Part shown: in pieces, positions 1 to 13,444 of the stretch
How positions within the stretch are numbered: position 1 is the stretch's first letter
Layout: each line of letters begins with the position of its first letter
NCBI GenBank assembly: GCA_034408725.1
Contig: JAWXCN010000151.1
Coordinates: forward strand, 1-51,342
Length of the DNA: 51,342 bases
Source of the DNA: Candidatus Hydrogenedentota bacterium
GTDB taxonomy: Bacteria; Hydrogenedentota; Hydrogenedentia; Hydrogenedentales; SLHB01
Reading direction: 5' to 3'
The notes under the pieces: model-generated
Databases searched by the model: none
What the model was told of the DNA's origin: nothing
What the model saw: only the letters and a program-made list of their open reading frames with translations
Position numbers and translations under genes: made by a program

Positions 1-2522
<2,522 letters not shown>

Positions 2523-2629
2523 AAAACCCTATTTCACCTGGAGCACACGCCGAAGCGTGTGCCGTCGGATGGATAACGAATCTTATTCTAGACACTCTAT
2601 TACGGTAGTCATTTACATGCTACCCTCGC

Positions 2630-2647
2630 ATTCAACTGTCAAAGAAC
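2630..2647 (-). promoter_or_regulatory. rrn spacer boxA antitermination element
   Basis: Minus strand GTTCTTTGACAGTTGAAT, upstream of 23S; 17/18 identical to the leader copy at 4797-4814. Confidence 0.75.
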
Positions 2648-2736
2648 CTACCCGCGGCCGCTCCTGGCGCGCGGAAAACCATAAAACGATGCGCTGACGC
2701 TCAACCCTTTCCCACCCTCAAAGGGAACAAGAAAAG

Positions 2737-2809
2737 TGGAGATGGACGGGATCGAACCGACGACCTCCTGCTTGCAAAGCAGGCGCTCTCCCAACTGAGC
2801 TACACCCCC
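2737..2809 (-). tRNA. tRNA-Ala(TGC), CCA not encoded
   Basis: GGGGGTGTAGCTCAGTTGGGAGAGCGCCTGCTTTGCAAGCAGGAGGTCGTCGGTTCGATCCCGTCCATCTCCA; anticodon TGC and the G3-U70 identity pair. Confidence 0.97.
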
Positions 2810-2860
2810 AACGGGGATTCAGCACAACGTTCAACTGTACAACTTCAAAAATTCTCAAAA

Positions 2861-2937
2861 TGGTGGGCCCGAGTAGAATCGAACTACCGACCTCACGGTT
2901 ATCAGCCGTGCGCTCTAACCATCTGAGCTACGGGCCC
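2861..2937 (-). tRNA. tRNA-Ile(GAT), CCA encoded
   Basis: GGGCCCGTAGCTCAGATGGTTAGAGCGCACGGCTGATAACCGTGAGGTCGGTAGTTCGATTCTACTCGGGCCCACCA; anticodon GAT. Confidence 0.97.
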
Positions 2938-3051
2938 ACGCCCGAAAGAGCCAAGCTCCCTGAGAGCAGAATACGATGCATGTCCAAAAACATGAACTGT
3001 GATCGACCTGCGCGACATACGCCCGAAGGCATATCCGCGTAGTGTTTTACT

Positions 3052-4608
<1,557 letters not shown>

Positions 4609-4796
4609 AAAATTAACAAAGCCCAGTAGTATCTACCAGAACCTTGCCTTTATCGAGAACTTGAACCCCTTTTCAGGAATTCAATTTAAGGGTGTCCGGT
4701 TACACACGACAAGTCGTGCATACCGACAATTTGCCATGCAACACCCGAAGGCGCTGCACGGCGCACAAGTTTCATGTCTTACTTGACATGCATCGT

Positions 4797-4814
4797 ATTC
4801 AACTCTCAAAGAAC
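4797..4814 (-). promoter_or_regulatory. rrn leader boxA
   Basis: Minus strand GTTCTTTGAGAGTTGAAT in the 16S leader; near-identical copy in the spacer. Confidence 0.75.
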
Positions 4815-4977
4815 AGGCCCGACAGACGAAACAAACCCTATACCGATTCGACGTTAAAGTTCCCTTTGAGGGGGAACGCCATCTTGCGTCAGGCCAAAGC
4901 ATAACGCGTCAACAGCGTCTACTGGCTTGGGTTTGCCCGCGGTCGGACAGCGATTCGTGACCGCCATCCATCTGCGA

Positions 4978-5006
4978 AGTGTACCACCAAAAACTGCCCG
5001 TGTCAA
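4978..5006 (-). promoter_or_regulatory. rrn proximal (P2-like) sigma70 promoter
   Basis: TTGACA-17 bp-TACACT with a TG extended -10 (TTGACACGGGCAGTTTTTGGTGGTACACT). Confidence 0.8.
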
Positions 5007-5099
5007 CCCCTCCATCCAGCACCGCGCAGACCACAACAATCCGCGTTCAAGGGGACTTCAGAGCTACCGGACAACCCCCGGCGACCACAGCGAAGCGGG

Positions 5100-5128
5100 A
5101 CTTTACAGGAAAGAAAACGCGATGTCAA
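5100..5128 (-). promoter_or_regulatory. rrn distal (P1-like) sigma70 promoter
   Basis: TTGACA-17 bp-TAAAGT, 122 bp upstream of the proximal promoter, with AT-rich DNA further upstream. Confidence 0.7.
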
Positions 5129-5715
5129 CAAATTTTGAGCGCGCACGCGACATCACGCTGTGGCGAGAGCATTTCTTCACGAAATATGCTTCTCTGATTC
5201 CAATTTTTTTGCACAATCTTATTGTACTAGTATTATAATCGTAATATTTCTCGTGAATGCGTTTTCAACGCCCCCTTACACCATCAACTCGCCACGCTCA
5301 AATATGAAATACAGCGAACTTCCCGGCGCTGATATTGATGCGGCGGACATTCCCACGAAAGACATCACGCGCGTGTGCAAGAATTTCGAAAACTACTACG
5401 ACACACTTTCTTAATGGAAATTCTTGGTTATTGCGCGTGACAAAATGCAACAGGTAACCGATACACGCGCATCGAACCCGTAGGCAAAAATTTAAAACGC
5501 AATTGCCGCTTCGGCCAATATAGGGCCTACTGACAGATCGGCATTGTGCGTTTATCGAGAGAGCGGCCACTTATTCGGTGCGCGCCGTATCATAGACTGC
5601 GCGGCCATAATCATCGTGTTCGAGGAATTCGCATGTAGATCAAGCGCGTAGCCCTCGGACAGGATTCCATCAAGCTGCTGGGGATTAATTTTCTCCCCAC
5701 GTTGTTCGACAACTA

Positions 5716-5898
5716 TCAGCCATTCACTTTTAACGCACCTGATGGGCAGCGGCTGACCGTGTCGCGGATCGCTTCTTCCGTGCCTTGGGTAGTGTCGATG
5801 AGAATTTTGTCGTCCACTTCGCGGAAGACTTTGGGCAGCAGGGTGCAGCAATCGCAGCTATGAATGCAGGTCTCTTCGTCCCAAATCACAGTAATCAT
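5716..5898 (-). CDS. YjdI-like divergent 4Fe-4S mono-cluster protein (Fer4_19-type)
   Basis: CIHSxxC...LPKVF...CPSGAL motif; GGAGG RBS upstream of ATG. Confidence 0.85.
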   Translation of the reverse strand: MITVIWDEETCIHSCDCCTLLPKVFREVDDKILIDTTQGTEEAIRDTVSRCPSGALKVNG

Positions 5899-5964
5899 AG
5901 ATGGCCTCCAAGAATGATAGTAACAGTATTGCCGGGTGATCGCGGGGATGCAAGCGCGGACGCT

Positions 5965-6343
5965 AAGGCGCCGCTTCGGCTATTTATCACCGTTGCCTAC
6001 GCCTAACAATGCGCGCATAACCATGCACGCACGAAGCCCTCTCTCATAAACAGCCAAAGCGGTGTCTGCGCTACCCGCTACGCCACCGCAGTCCAAATAG
6101 TCCTCCACCCAAAACCACGTTTTAACAAAAAGCTTATTGGGACTGCGGCGGCCCCCAAGGCGCCGCTTTCGCTGTTTATCACCGTTGCCCACGCCTGACA
6201 ATGCGCGCATAACCATGCACGCACGAAGCCCTCTCTCATAAACAGCCAAAGCGGTGTCTACGCTACCCGCTACGCCACTGCAGTCCAAATAGTCCTCCAC
6301 CCAAAACCACGTTCTAACAAAAAGCCGATTTAGACTGAGGCGG
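5965..6343. repeat. Tandem ~187-bp direct repeat (period 192) built from inverted REP-like palindromes (BIME/REPIN-like)
   Basis: Units 5965-6151 and 6157-6343 are near-identical. TTGGGACTGCGGCGGC (6137-6152) is the inverted partner of GCCAC(C/T)GCAGTCCAAA (6082-6097, 6274-6289). Confidence 0.9.
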
Positions 6344-6552
6344 TGGGCGCTAGGGCGAGTGAGTGCGGTGGCTTTGATGATCCATTGCGGCGTAACGCGG
6401 CCTTTTTCGGCCCTCGATTGCTTTTGAATTTGGACCCTGCGTAGAATGCGCGGATTGGAGTCGGTTTTTCGTGGTCCCGCCTGGTGTGGCAGGAGCCCCC
6501 ATATACACCGCCACGAACAGCATTTCCGGGAATTGGAGCGACAGCGTCGTCC

Positions 6553-7992
6553 ATGGATTTTAGCGCTTACGACCCCGAAGATTTTTACGATGAACTGTTT
6601 GAAGCGCCGGGCATACCCCGGCCCGGCGCACGGCTGTTGGTCAAGAAGATCAACATGCTCGGTAAGGGCCTGTTGCACGAACACCAAGTTGCGGCAGAAC
6701 GCGCGCTATACCACATGGGGATCACGTTCAACGTCTACGGCGACTCCGCGGGCACAGAACGCATTTTTCCCTTTGACATCGTCCCCCGGATAGTTCAGGC
6801 CAAGGAATGGGAGCGCCTGGAGCGCGGGCTGAAACAGCGGATCGTCGCGCTGAACCACTTCATCGACGACATTTACCACGAGCAGCGCATTTTGAAGGAA
6901 GGGGTGATACCGGAACACGTGATCGCGTCGGCGCGCTCGTATCGGCCCCAATGCGCGGGTGTCAAGCCCCGTCGCGGCGTATGGTGCCATATTACGGGCA
7001 TTGATCTTGTGCGCGATAAAGACGGCACGATGTACGTACTTGAGGACAATCTGCGGTGCCCCTCGGGCGTCTCGTATGTGTTGGAAAACCGTGATGTCAT
7101 GAAACGCGCATTCCCGCTGGTGTTCGAGGCTTCGTTCGTCCGTCCGGTGGACGATTATCCGATGCGGCTGCTCGATATGCTGACCTCGCTGGTGCCGGAA
7201 GGCGTTGCGCGGCCCAAAGTCGTCGTGCTTACGCCGGGAATTTACAACTCCGCGTATTTCGAGCATTCGTTCCTGGCCCAGCAAATGGGCGTGGAACTTG
7301 TCGAAGGCCGCGACCTGCTCGTGAAAGACGGGTACGTCGTCATGCGCACTACAAAAGGGTTCGAGCGCGTCGACGTAATCTACCGGCGCATTGACGATGA
7401 TTTTCTCGACCCGCAGGTTTTCCGGTCTGATTCGACGCTAGGCGTTACGGGCATCATGGACGTATACAAAGCGGGGCGCGTGGCGCTTGCGAACGCGCCG
7501 GGCACCGGTGTAGCGGACGACAAGGTTGTTTACACGTATGTGCCGAAAATCATCAAATACTATCTCGATGAAGACCCAATCATTCCCAATGTGCCCACGT
7601 ACGCGTGTTGGGACGACAAGGAACGGGACCACGTGCTCGCGAATCTCGACAAGCTGGTCGTGAAACCCGCAAACGAGTCGGGCGGCTACGGCATGCTGAT
7701 CGGCCCGCATGCAACGTCAGACGAGCGCACTAAATTTGCCGCGCTGATTCAGGAGAGCCCGCGCAACTACATCGCCCAACCGACGTTGTCATTGTCGCGC
7801 GTGCCCACGATTGTCGATGATCATTTCGAGGGCCGGCACGTTGACCTGCGCCCCTACATTCTTTACGGCGAAAACATTTACGTGTTGCCGGGCGGGCTCA
7901 CGCGGGTCGCCCTGAAAAAGGGATCGCTGGTCGTGAATTCATCTCAAGGCGGCGGCAGCAAGGACACCTGGGTCGTCGAGGAGTCTGAATAG
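6553..7992 (+). CDS. Circularly permuted type 2 ATP-grasp protein
   Basis: Motifs [58 protein letters not shown] and [14 protein letters not shown]. Start moved to ATG 6553 (GGAG upstream). Confidence 0.93.
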   Translation: MDFSAYDPEDFYDELFEAPGIPRPGARLLVKKINMLGKGLLHEHQVAAERALYHMGITFNVYGDSAGTERIFPFDIVPRIVQAKEWERLERGLKQRIVALNHFIDDIYHEQRILKEGVIPEHVIASARSYRPQCAGVKPRRGVWCHITGIDLVRDKDGTMYVLEDNLRCPSGVSYVLENRDVMKRAFPLVFEASFVRPVDDYPMRLLDMLTSLVPEGVARPKVVVLTPGIYNSAYFEHSFLAQQMGVELVEGRDLLVKDGYVVMRTTKGFERVDVIYRRIDDDFLDPQVFRSDSTLGVTGIMDVYKAGRVALANAPGTGVADDKVVYTYVPKIIKYYLDEDPIIPNVPTYACWDDKERDHVLANLDKLVVKPANESGGYGMLIGPHATSDERTKFAALIQESPRNYIAQPTLSLSRVPTIVDDHFEGRHVDLRPYILYGENIYVLPGGLTRVALKKGSLVVNSSQGGGSKDTWVVEESE

Positions 7993-8955
7993 ATGCTGAG
8001 CCGGGTCGCGGAATCAGTGTATTGGCTGAACCGGTACATCGAGCGCGCGGACAACGTCGCGCGCTTCGTGGACGTTAATTTCCACCTGCACCTCGATTTG
8101 CCGGGCGAAGACGGCGAACAGTGGGAGCCGCTCGTGCGCACAACGGGTGACTACGACACCTTCATGGCGGCGTATGGTTTGGTCACGCGAGAAAACGTGC
8201 TTCAATTCCTTGCGTTTGACATGAAGAATCCAAATTCGATCCTCGCGTGCCTGCGCGGCGCGCGGGAGAGCGCGCGCGGCATTCGAGAAATTATCCCCTC
8301 CGAAATCTGGGAGCACATCAATACCTTCTACATCATGGTGCGCGATGCGGCGCGCGTGCGCGGCATCATCGAGTCGCCTCACGGTTTTCTTACGCGTGTC
8401 CGGAGCGATAGCAATCTCGCCATTGGCTTGGCGGAAAGCACCATGCCCCGCGGCGAGGTTTGGCAATTTGCGCGGCTTGGCCGCTATATCGAACGCGCCG
8501 ACAAGACACTCCGCATTCTGGATTTGAAAACTTTCCTGGAGTTACCATCGGTTGTTGATGTAGGCGACGCGATGGATTCGATCCAATGGGCGGCGTTGTT
8601 GCGGTCCGCGAGCGCGTATGAAGCCTATCGCAAGAAACACGGCCGCATCGAGCCTGATCGCGTCGCCCAGTTTCTCGTGCTGGATCGGGAGTTTCCCCGG
8701 GCCGTGCTTTATTGTGTGAATGAAGCCGATGAATCCTTGCACGCAATTTCCCGCACCCCCGAAGACGGCTATAGCAATCGCGCGGAACAACGCATCGGAC
8801 AGCTTGCCTCGGAATTGGCTTACGCGGACATTCAAACCGTACTGGCCGAGGGATTACATGAGTACCTCGACACGCTTCAGGCAAAACTTAACTCGATAGG
8901 CGACGCGATTTTTGACACCTATTTTGCGCTCGAGCCGCAGCCCGTGGCTTCTTAA
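7993..8955 (+). CDS. Alpha-E domain protein (DUF403)
   Basis: MLSRVAESVYWLNRYIERA and the second ER motif LGRYIERAD; abuts the ATP-grasp stop codon. Confidence 0.93.
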   Translation: MLSRVAESVYWLNRYIERADNVARFVDVNFHLHLDLPGEDGEQWEPLVRTTGDYDTFMAAYGLVTRENVLQFLAFDMKNPNSILACLRGARESARGIREIIPSEIWEHINTFYIMVRDAARVRGIIESPHGFLTRVRSDSNLAIGLAESTMPRGEVWQFARLGRYIERADKTLRILDLKTFLELPSVVDVGDAMDSIQWAALLRSASAYEAYRKKHGRIEPDRVAQFLVLDREFPRAVLYCVNEADESLHAISRTPEDGYSNRAEQRIGQLASELAYADIQTVLAEGLHEYLDTLQAKLNSIGDAIFDTYFALEPQPVAS

Positions 8956-8962
8956 GCCGCGC

Positions 8963-9173
8963 CGTGGATAAGAGGTGAATAAGGACGCCGAAGTGGTGGA
9001 AAAACCCTCTAGTGGGTACAAGGAGTACTTGTTTCTGCATTCCACCTAACAACTCCGATCACGTGGTGTTGCGCGATGTCGGACCCACAATCGAGATCAT
9101 TATTGTTGCTGGGGATAATTCGCAAATCGGATCGTGGACAACCGGTGGATAACCTCCCGTTTCCAGTGGAAAA
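8963..9173. promoter_or_regulatory. Cluster of seven co-oriented DnaA-box-like 9-mers (candidate oriC or DnaA-titration locus)
   Basis: CGTGGATAA 8963, GGTGAATAA 8974, GGTGGAAAA 8995, TGGGGATAA 9110, CGTGGACAA 9133, GGTGGATAA 9144, AGTGGAAAA 9165; each has 1-2 mismatches to TGTGNAWAA. Confidence 0.6.
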
Positions 9174-9179
9174 AACTGG

Positions 9180-10694
9180 CTACTTTTGTGCGCCGGCGTG
9201 CTTGATGGATTCCAGTCGCGGTACCGAGTATGTCCCCATTAGCATCTGATCCAGAATGCTCACATCGGTGCAGAACGCACGGGCCTGTTCGAGCGTAATC
9301 TTCCCTTCCTTCTGAAGGCGGAACAGATAGTTCTCGAAAATCCATGAGCGCGACGTGGTCTGCTGCATACCCACGCGAATGCCATCGGTGTCGCCTAGCA
9401 TGACGGCGTCGTTAATCGCTTTGACGTCGTTGAACAACACCTCGATGGCGGGTATGCGGCCGCCGCCGGCCTTCGGCACAAGCCTTTGGCAGATCACGCA
9501 TCTCATGCAATCACGGATTTGGAGCTTAACCAGGTCCCGTTCGACAGGATCGAAGAAACTGACGATGCGGTTTACGACTTCAAATGCGGTGTTCGAGTGA
9601 AGCGTGCTGATCACAAGGTGGCCCGTGGCGGCAGCGTTGATCGCGGCGCGAATGGTGTCGGGATCGCGCATTTCCCCGATCACGATTACATCGGGATCGT
9701 GCCGGAGCGCTCCCGTGACGGCCAATCCGAATGTGGCGACGTCGGTGCCGAGATTCCGCTGCGAGATAAGCGCCTTGCGATTGTGATAGACATATTCGAC
9801 GGGGTTTTCGATGGTGAGAATGTGCGAAGTATGGTGCGCGTTGATGTAGTCCACAAGCGCCGCCACCGTGGTGGATTTACCGGACCCCGTCATCCCAACG
9901 AGTAAAACCAACCCATGATGCAGTTCCGCGAGCGTTTCCATCAGGTCGACCGGCAGGTGCAGGTCTTCGAACGAGGGAATGCGCTCCGGCAGGTAACGAA
10001 ACGTGAGATGCGGGGCGCCCGAGGTCACAAAGCAGGAGACTCGCGAGTAGCCAAGTCCCGCTTGATGGAAATTGAAACTGGCCTGCTTGTTCTCCTGAAA
10101 TTCGTTCCAATCGCGTTCCTGCGCGACTTCGCGTATGACGGCCAGAATCTGCGGGGCCGACAGCACGCCGAAAACTTCCGATGGCGCGATCTCGCCATCG
10201 ACGCGAAACATGGCCTGTTCGCCGGGACTCAGGTGAACGTCGCTGGCTTTATACTCGACCAGCGCTTTGAACAGGAGTTCCACGCTGATGGGGTCCAGGC
10301 GGAACTTTTCGCCGCGGACGCGCCACACCTCCGGAAATTGCAGCATGTTGGAATAGGTATCGAGTGCTTCAAGCGCGCGCGTGTGGTTTGTAGACGCGGG
10401 CGCGGGAAATCGCAGAATGTGCCAGTTGTCTTCGACAACCAGGTCGCAATCGGGAGCAAAGTCGGCGGCGATTTTTTCCATGCACTCGAGGGAGTGGCCT
10501 TTTGCATGGGCGCGGAGTGAAAAATTTGTCCAAGGGCCTTCGTAATCGGGCCGGTCCGCGGTCATCTCGACCGAGCTTGAGCGAAGGGTAAGCCGGCGAG
10601 GCGGCCCTTCCTTCTCAATGATTTCTTTTTCGCCAATGGCAACGATCTCGCGGAGGCTTTTCTGTCGGCCTACGCCCAGAATCCACTCAGCCAT
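9180..10694 (-). CDS. PilT/PilU-family type IV pilus retraction ATPase with ~135-aa N-terminal extension
   Basis: ASDVHL, Walker A GMTGSGKST, TIENPVE, ALRHDPDVIVIGEMRD and His box TGHLVISTLH; GGGAG RBS. Confidence 0.9.
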   Translation of the reverse strand: MAEWILGVGRQKSLREIVAIGEKEIIEKEGPPRRLTLRSSSVEMTADRPDYEGPWTNFSLRAHAKGHSLECMEKIAADFAPDCDLVVEDNWHILRFPAPASTNHTRALEALDTYSNMLQFPEVWRVRGEKFRLDPISVELLFKALVEYKASDVHLSPGEQAMFRVDGEIAPSEVFGVLSAPQILAVIREVAQERDWNEFQENKQASFNFHQAGLGYSRVSCFVTSGAPHLTFRYLPERIPSFEDLHLPVDLMETLAELHHGLVLLVGMTGSGKSTTVAALVDYINAHHTSHILTIENPVEYVYHNRKALISQRNLGTDVATFGLAVTGALRHDPDVIVIGEMRDPDTIRAAINAAATGHLVISTLHSNTAFEVVNRIVSFFDPVERDLVKLQIRDCMRCVICQRLVPKAGGGRIPAIEVLFNDVKAINDAVMLGDTDGIRVGMQQTTSRSWIFENYLFRLQKEGKITLEQARAFCTDVSILDQMLMGTYSVPRLESIKHAGAQK

Positions 10695-10787
10695 GGCACG
10701 GACTCCCGACGGTTGGGACGGTTTTGCGCACCGATTCTAATTGGCGCGATTTCCCCCCGTCCAGCGCCGCGCCGGCGCTACTGGCAC

Positions 10788-13307
10788 TTACTTCGTGTAA
10801 ACGATCACCTCGTCATCAATGTGAAGCACGTGATCCTTGTTCCACTTGTTCCACTCGAACAATTCATTAACTTTGACGCCATACCGCTTCGCAATCGAAG
10901 TCGGGCTTTGACCTGGCGTTACCTTGTGCGTGGAACGGTTGCCGTCTCCGCCCGTCGATTTTCCGGTGGAGCCGGTTTTCGGCGTGGAAACGATGAGTTT
11001 TTGCCCGATGCTGATGCGCGCGCCGTCACCGAGATTGTTCCACGCGACCAATTCCGAGACCTTCACTTTGTATTTGATGGCGATCACGGAGAGCGTTTCA
11101 TTTTTCACCACGGTGTGCGATTCCACGCCCGCAGCCTTGTCTCCGGAATCGGACACTTTGGATGTGGGTTTTGCGACAGCGAGTTCGATCGTGGAATCCG
11201 CTGGCGAATCCATGCCTCGGACTTTCAGTTTTTGGTCCGCGCGCAACGTGTCGCCGGCGGCCATGCCATTGAGTTCCCTCAATTCGCTGAGTTTCATGTC
11301 ATATTTCGCAGCTATGCCCGACAGCGTCTCGCCCGACGCGACTTTGTGAGTCACTGTGGTTACTGCCGCGGGTGCGGTTTTCGGCGCAGGCTCACCTTTC
11401 TGTGTTTCCGGCTTCACTTCCGGCGCCGGCGCGGATGCCGTGCTCTTGGCCACGATCAACTTGTCTTTCTCGTGGATCACGTCGGACTTTTTCATGTCAT
11501 TGAGCGCAATCAGATCGTTCAGCGGCATCTTGTGTTGTTGCGCAATTGCCGCCAGGGTGTCCCCCCGTTTCACGACATAGGTCTCCGATTCTACGGGCGC
11601 CGGGGCCTTGATCTTCGCTGATTCCCTCTTTGGCGTTTCGCCCGAGCTGGTAGCCGCCAGCAACAGGTCCTGGTTCACGCGGATGCGCGCATGGCGGTCC
11701 AAGTTGTTCCACCGTTGCAAATCTTCCAGCGAGACGTTGTGCATCTGGGCGATCTCGAACAGCGTATCGCCTTTCTTCACGCGATACTTCGCGAGCTTCG
11801 GCTCCGGCTTTGGCTCGGATGCTTTCGTTGGGGCCTCCTCTTTCGGGGCTGACTTCTCCGAAGATTTCTCCTCGGAGGTGTCAACGGGTATCAGCAGTTT
11901 CTTGCCGATCGGAATCCGGTTTGCGATCCGCAGTTTATTTTCCGCGGCAATCTTGTCCTGGTCTACGCCATATTTGTTGGCAATCTTGGAAAGCGTGTCC
12001 CCCTTCTTCACGACATGGAACGTGCGGCCATCAAGCGAGGCGACGTTTTTGCGGGATTCCTTCGAGACGGATGCGAGGGCCGCGGTGAATAGCGAGCCGC
12101 TTTCCGCGGGAACAACTACGGCGTAATCGCCCGAAGGCGGCGTGACCCCTCGGATGAGCTGCGGGTTCAAGCGTTTCAGGGTGCCGCCGGGCAGTTCCGC
12201 GCCGCGTTCGAGCGCGGCGAGACTGTACGAGCCTTGGACAGACACATTGACCACCGGCTCCGGCCGTGATGGATTTTCATTGAATCCAAAGCTTTTCGGA
12301 CTTGTCGCGACAATCCAACTTGCCGCCAGCTTGGGATAGAACTTTTTCGTTTCCTGGGGCATGTGGTCGGACGCGGGTGGATTCGTAATCAGCTTCCAAA
12401 TATCACGTTCACCACCGTTCATGGCGACCATACGTGAAATCCCACCCTCGCCCATATTGTAAGATGCAACGGCGAGCGGCCATGCGCCGCTATGATAGGT
12501 GTGCAAGTCGCTGAGGTACGCGGCCGCAGCGCCGGTCGCTTTGACCCAGTCGCGCCGTTCATCGACATAGCTGTCGATGCGCAATCCGTAGCGGCGACCC
12601 GTGGCCGGCATAAATTGCCACATGCCGACCGCCCCGGCCCTGGACACAACATTCGGATGAAACTGGCTCTCGACCATTGCGAGCCACATCAATTCTTTGG
12701 GCAGGCCGACCTTCGCGAATTCTGCTTCAATCACCTCGCGATACTTCCAGCTACGGTCCAGCCCCGCCTGGAAATTTTTGGGATAGCGCTTGACGATCTC
12801 GTCAATCTCGGTCTGGACATGGCTTTGCGTGAGCACGTTACCGACGAAAATATCGCTGGGCTTCGTGCGATCGGCCAGTTCGCGGTTGAACTGTGGATGG
12901 TCGCGCTCGAAGAGGTCCGCGGTTTCGGTGTTGGAACTCAGAATGCGCTCGAACTCTTCGCGCAGACCCTCGAACACTGCTGGATTCAGGTCCGCCTCAC
13001 TGAGGTACGCCAGCATTTGGCTGTAATGCCGCAACGCGCCTTTGTGGTCGCCTTTGTCCTGCGCCACGTTGGCCTGCCGCCATTCGGTGTCCGCCGCGCG
13101 GAGCAACTCGGACGCACTTCGTTCTTTGGCCGGGCCAAGTTCGGCGGAGCCAACTTGTGCCACGGGCACGGGATTGAATTGATGGACTTTGTCCTGGGTC
13201 GTTGAACACCCAGTCGCGAGGGCCAAGCTGACGATTAGCACCCCGGAGGAAAACCTGCTCGTGTTTTTCACTGGGCAGTGGTCTCCTGTCGTTTGCGGTT
13301 CGTTCAA
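10788..13307 (-). CDS. mltD: MltD-like lytic transglycosylase lipoprotein with six LysM repeats
   Basis: Lipobox-like LATGC; SLT motifs AMVESQF, SRAGAVGMWQFMPATG, ASYNMGEG and ETKKFYPK; six LysM repeats (V-K-G-[DE]-T-L-x-x-I-A type). Start codon uncertain. Confidence 0.88.
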   Translation of the reverse strand: MNEPQTTGDHCPVKNTSRFSSGVLIVSLALATGCSTTQDKVHQFNPVPVAQVGSAELGPAKERSASELLRAADTEWRQANVAQDKGDHKGALRHYSQMLAYLSEADLNPAVFEGLREEFERILSSNTETADLFERDHPQFNRELADRTKPSDIFVGNVLTQSHVQTEIDEIVKRYPKNFQAGLDRSWKYREVIEAEFAKVGLPKELMWLAMVESQFHPNVVSRAGAVGMWQFMPATGRRYGLRIDSYVDERRDWVKATGAAAAYLSDLHTYHSGAWPLAVASYNMGEGGISRMVAMNGGERDIWKLITNPPASDHMPQETKKFYPKLAASWIVATSPKSFGFNENPSRPEPVVNVSVQGSYSLAALERGAELPGGTLKRLNPQLIRGVTPPSGDYAVVVPAESGSLFTAALASVSKESRKNVASLDGRTFHVVKKGDTLSKIANKYGVDQDKIAAENKLRIANRIPIGKKLLIPVDTSEEKSSEKSAPKEEAPTKASEPKPEPKLAKYRVKKGDTLFEIAQMHNVSLEDLQRWNNLDRHARIRVNQDLLLAATSSGETPKRESAKIKAPAPVESETYVVKRGDTLAAIAQQHKMPLNDLIALNDMKKSDVIHEKDKLIVAKSTASAPAPEVKPETQKGEPAPKTAPAAVTTVTHKVASGETLSGIAAKYDMKLSELRELNGMAAGDTLRADQKLKVRGMDSPADSTIELAVAKPTSKVSDSGDKAAGVESHTVVKNETLSVIAIKYKVKVSELVAWNNLGDGARISIGQKLIVSTPKTGSTGKSTGGDGNRSTHKVTPGQSPTSIAKRYGVKVNELFEWNKWNKDHVLHIDDEVIVYTK

Positions 13308-13346
13308 ATTAGTCAGGGATTTGGATGATACACTCTTCCCGGAGAT

Positions 13347-13375
13347 AGTGTATGGAACCAGCCCTAGCGTGTCAA
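13347..13375 (-). promoter_or_regulatory. Sigma70 promoter upstream of mltD
   Basis: TTGACA-17 bp-TACACT, the same hexamers as the rrn proximal promoter. Confidence 0.65.
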
Positions 13376-13444
13376 GTGCGAGGCAACACTATATCTGGGG
13401 CTAAATTTCGCGGCCACACTACCCTCTGTCCATTTCCAAAAAGG

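Noticed and set aside
5160-5414. 84-aa ORF (or 36-aa from ATG 5304) upstream of the rrn promoters
   Set aside because: No RBS or recognisable motif; AT-rich promoter-proximal DNA.
5481-5540. GGCAAA...ACGCAA...GGCCTA resembling a c-di-GMP-I riboswitch
   Set aside because: The GAAA-tetraloop stem is missing and there is no downstream gene on that strand; an Rfam scan would settle it.
5965-6343. CRISPR array
   Set aside because: Units are ~190 bp and near-identical throughout, with no unique spacers and no cas genes.
5980-6687. 235-aa minus-strand ORF with a repeated peptide
   Set aside because: The peptide repeat arises because the 192-bp period is divisible by three, and the ORF overlaps the ATP-grasp gene antisense.
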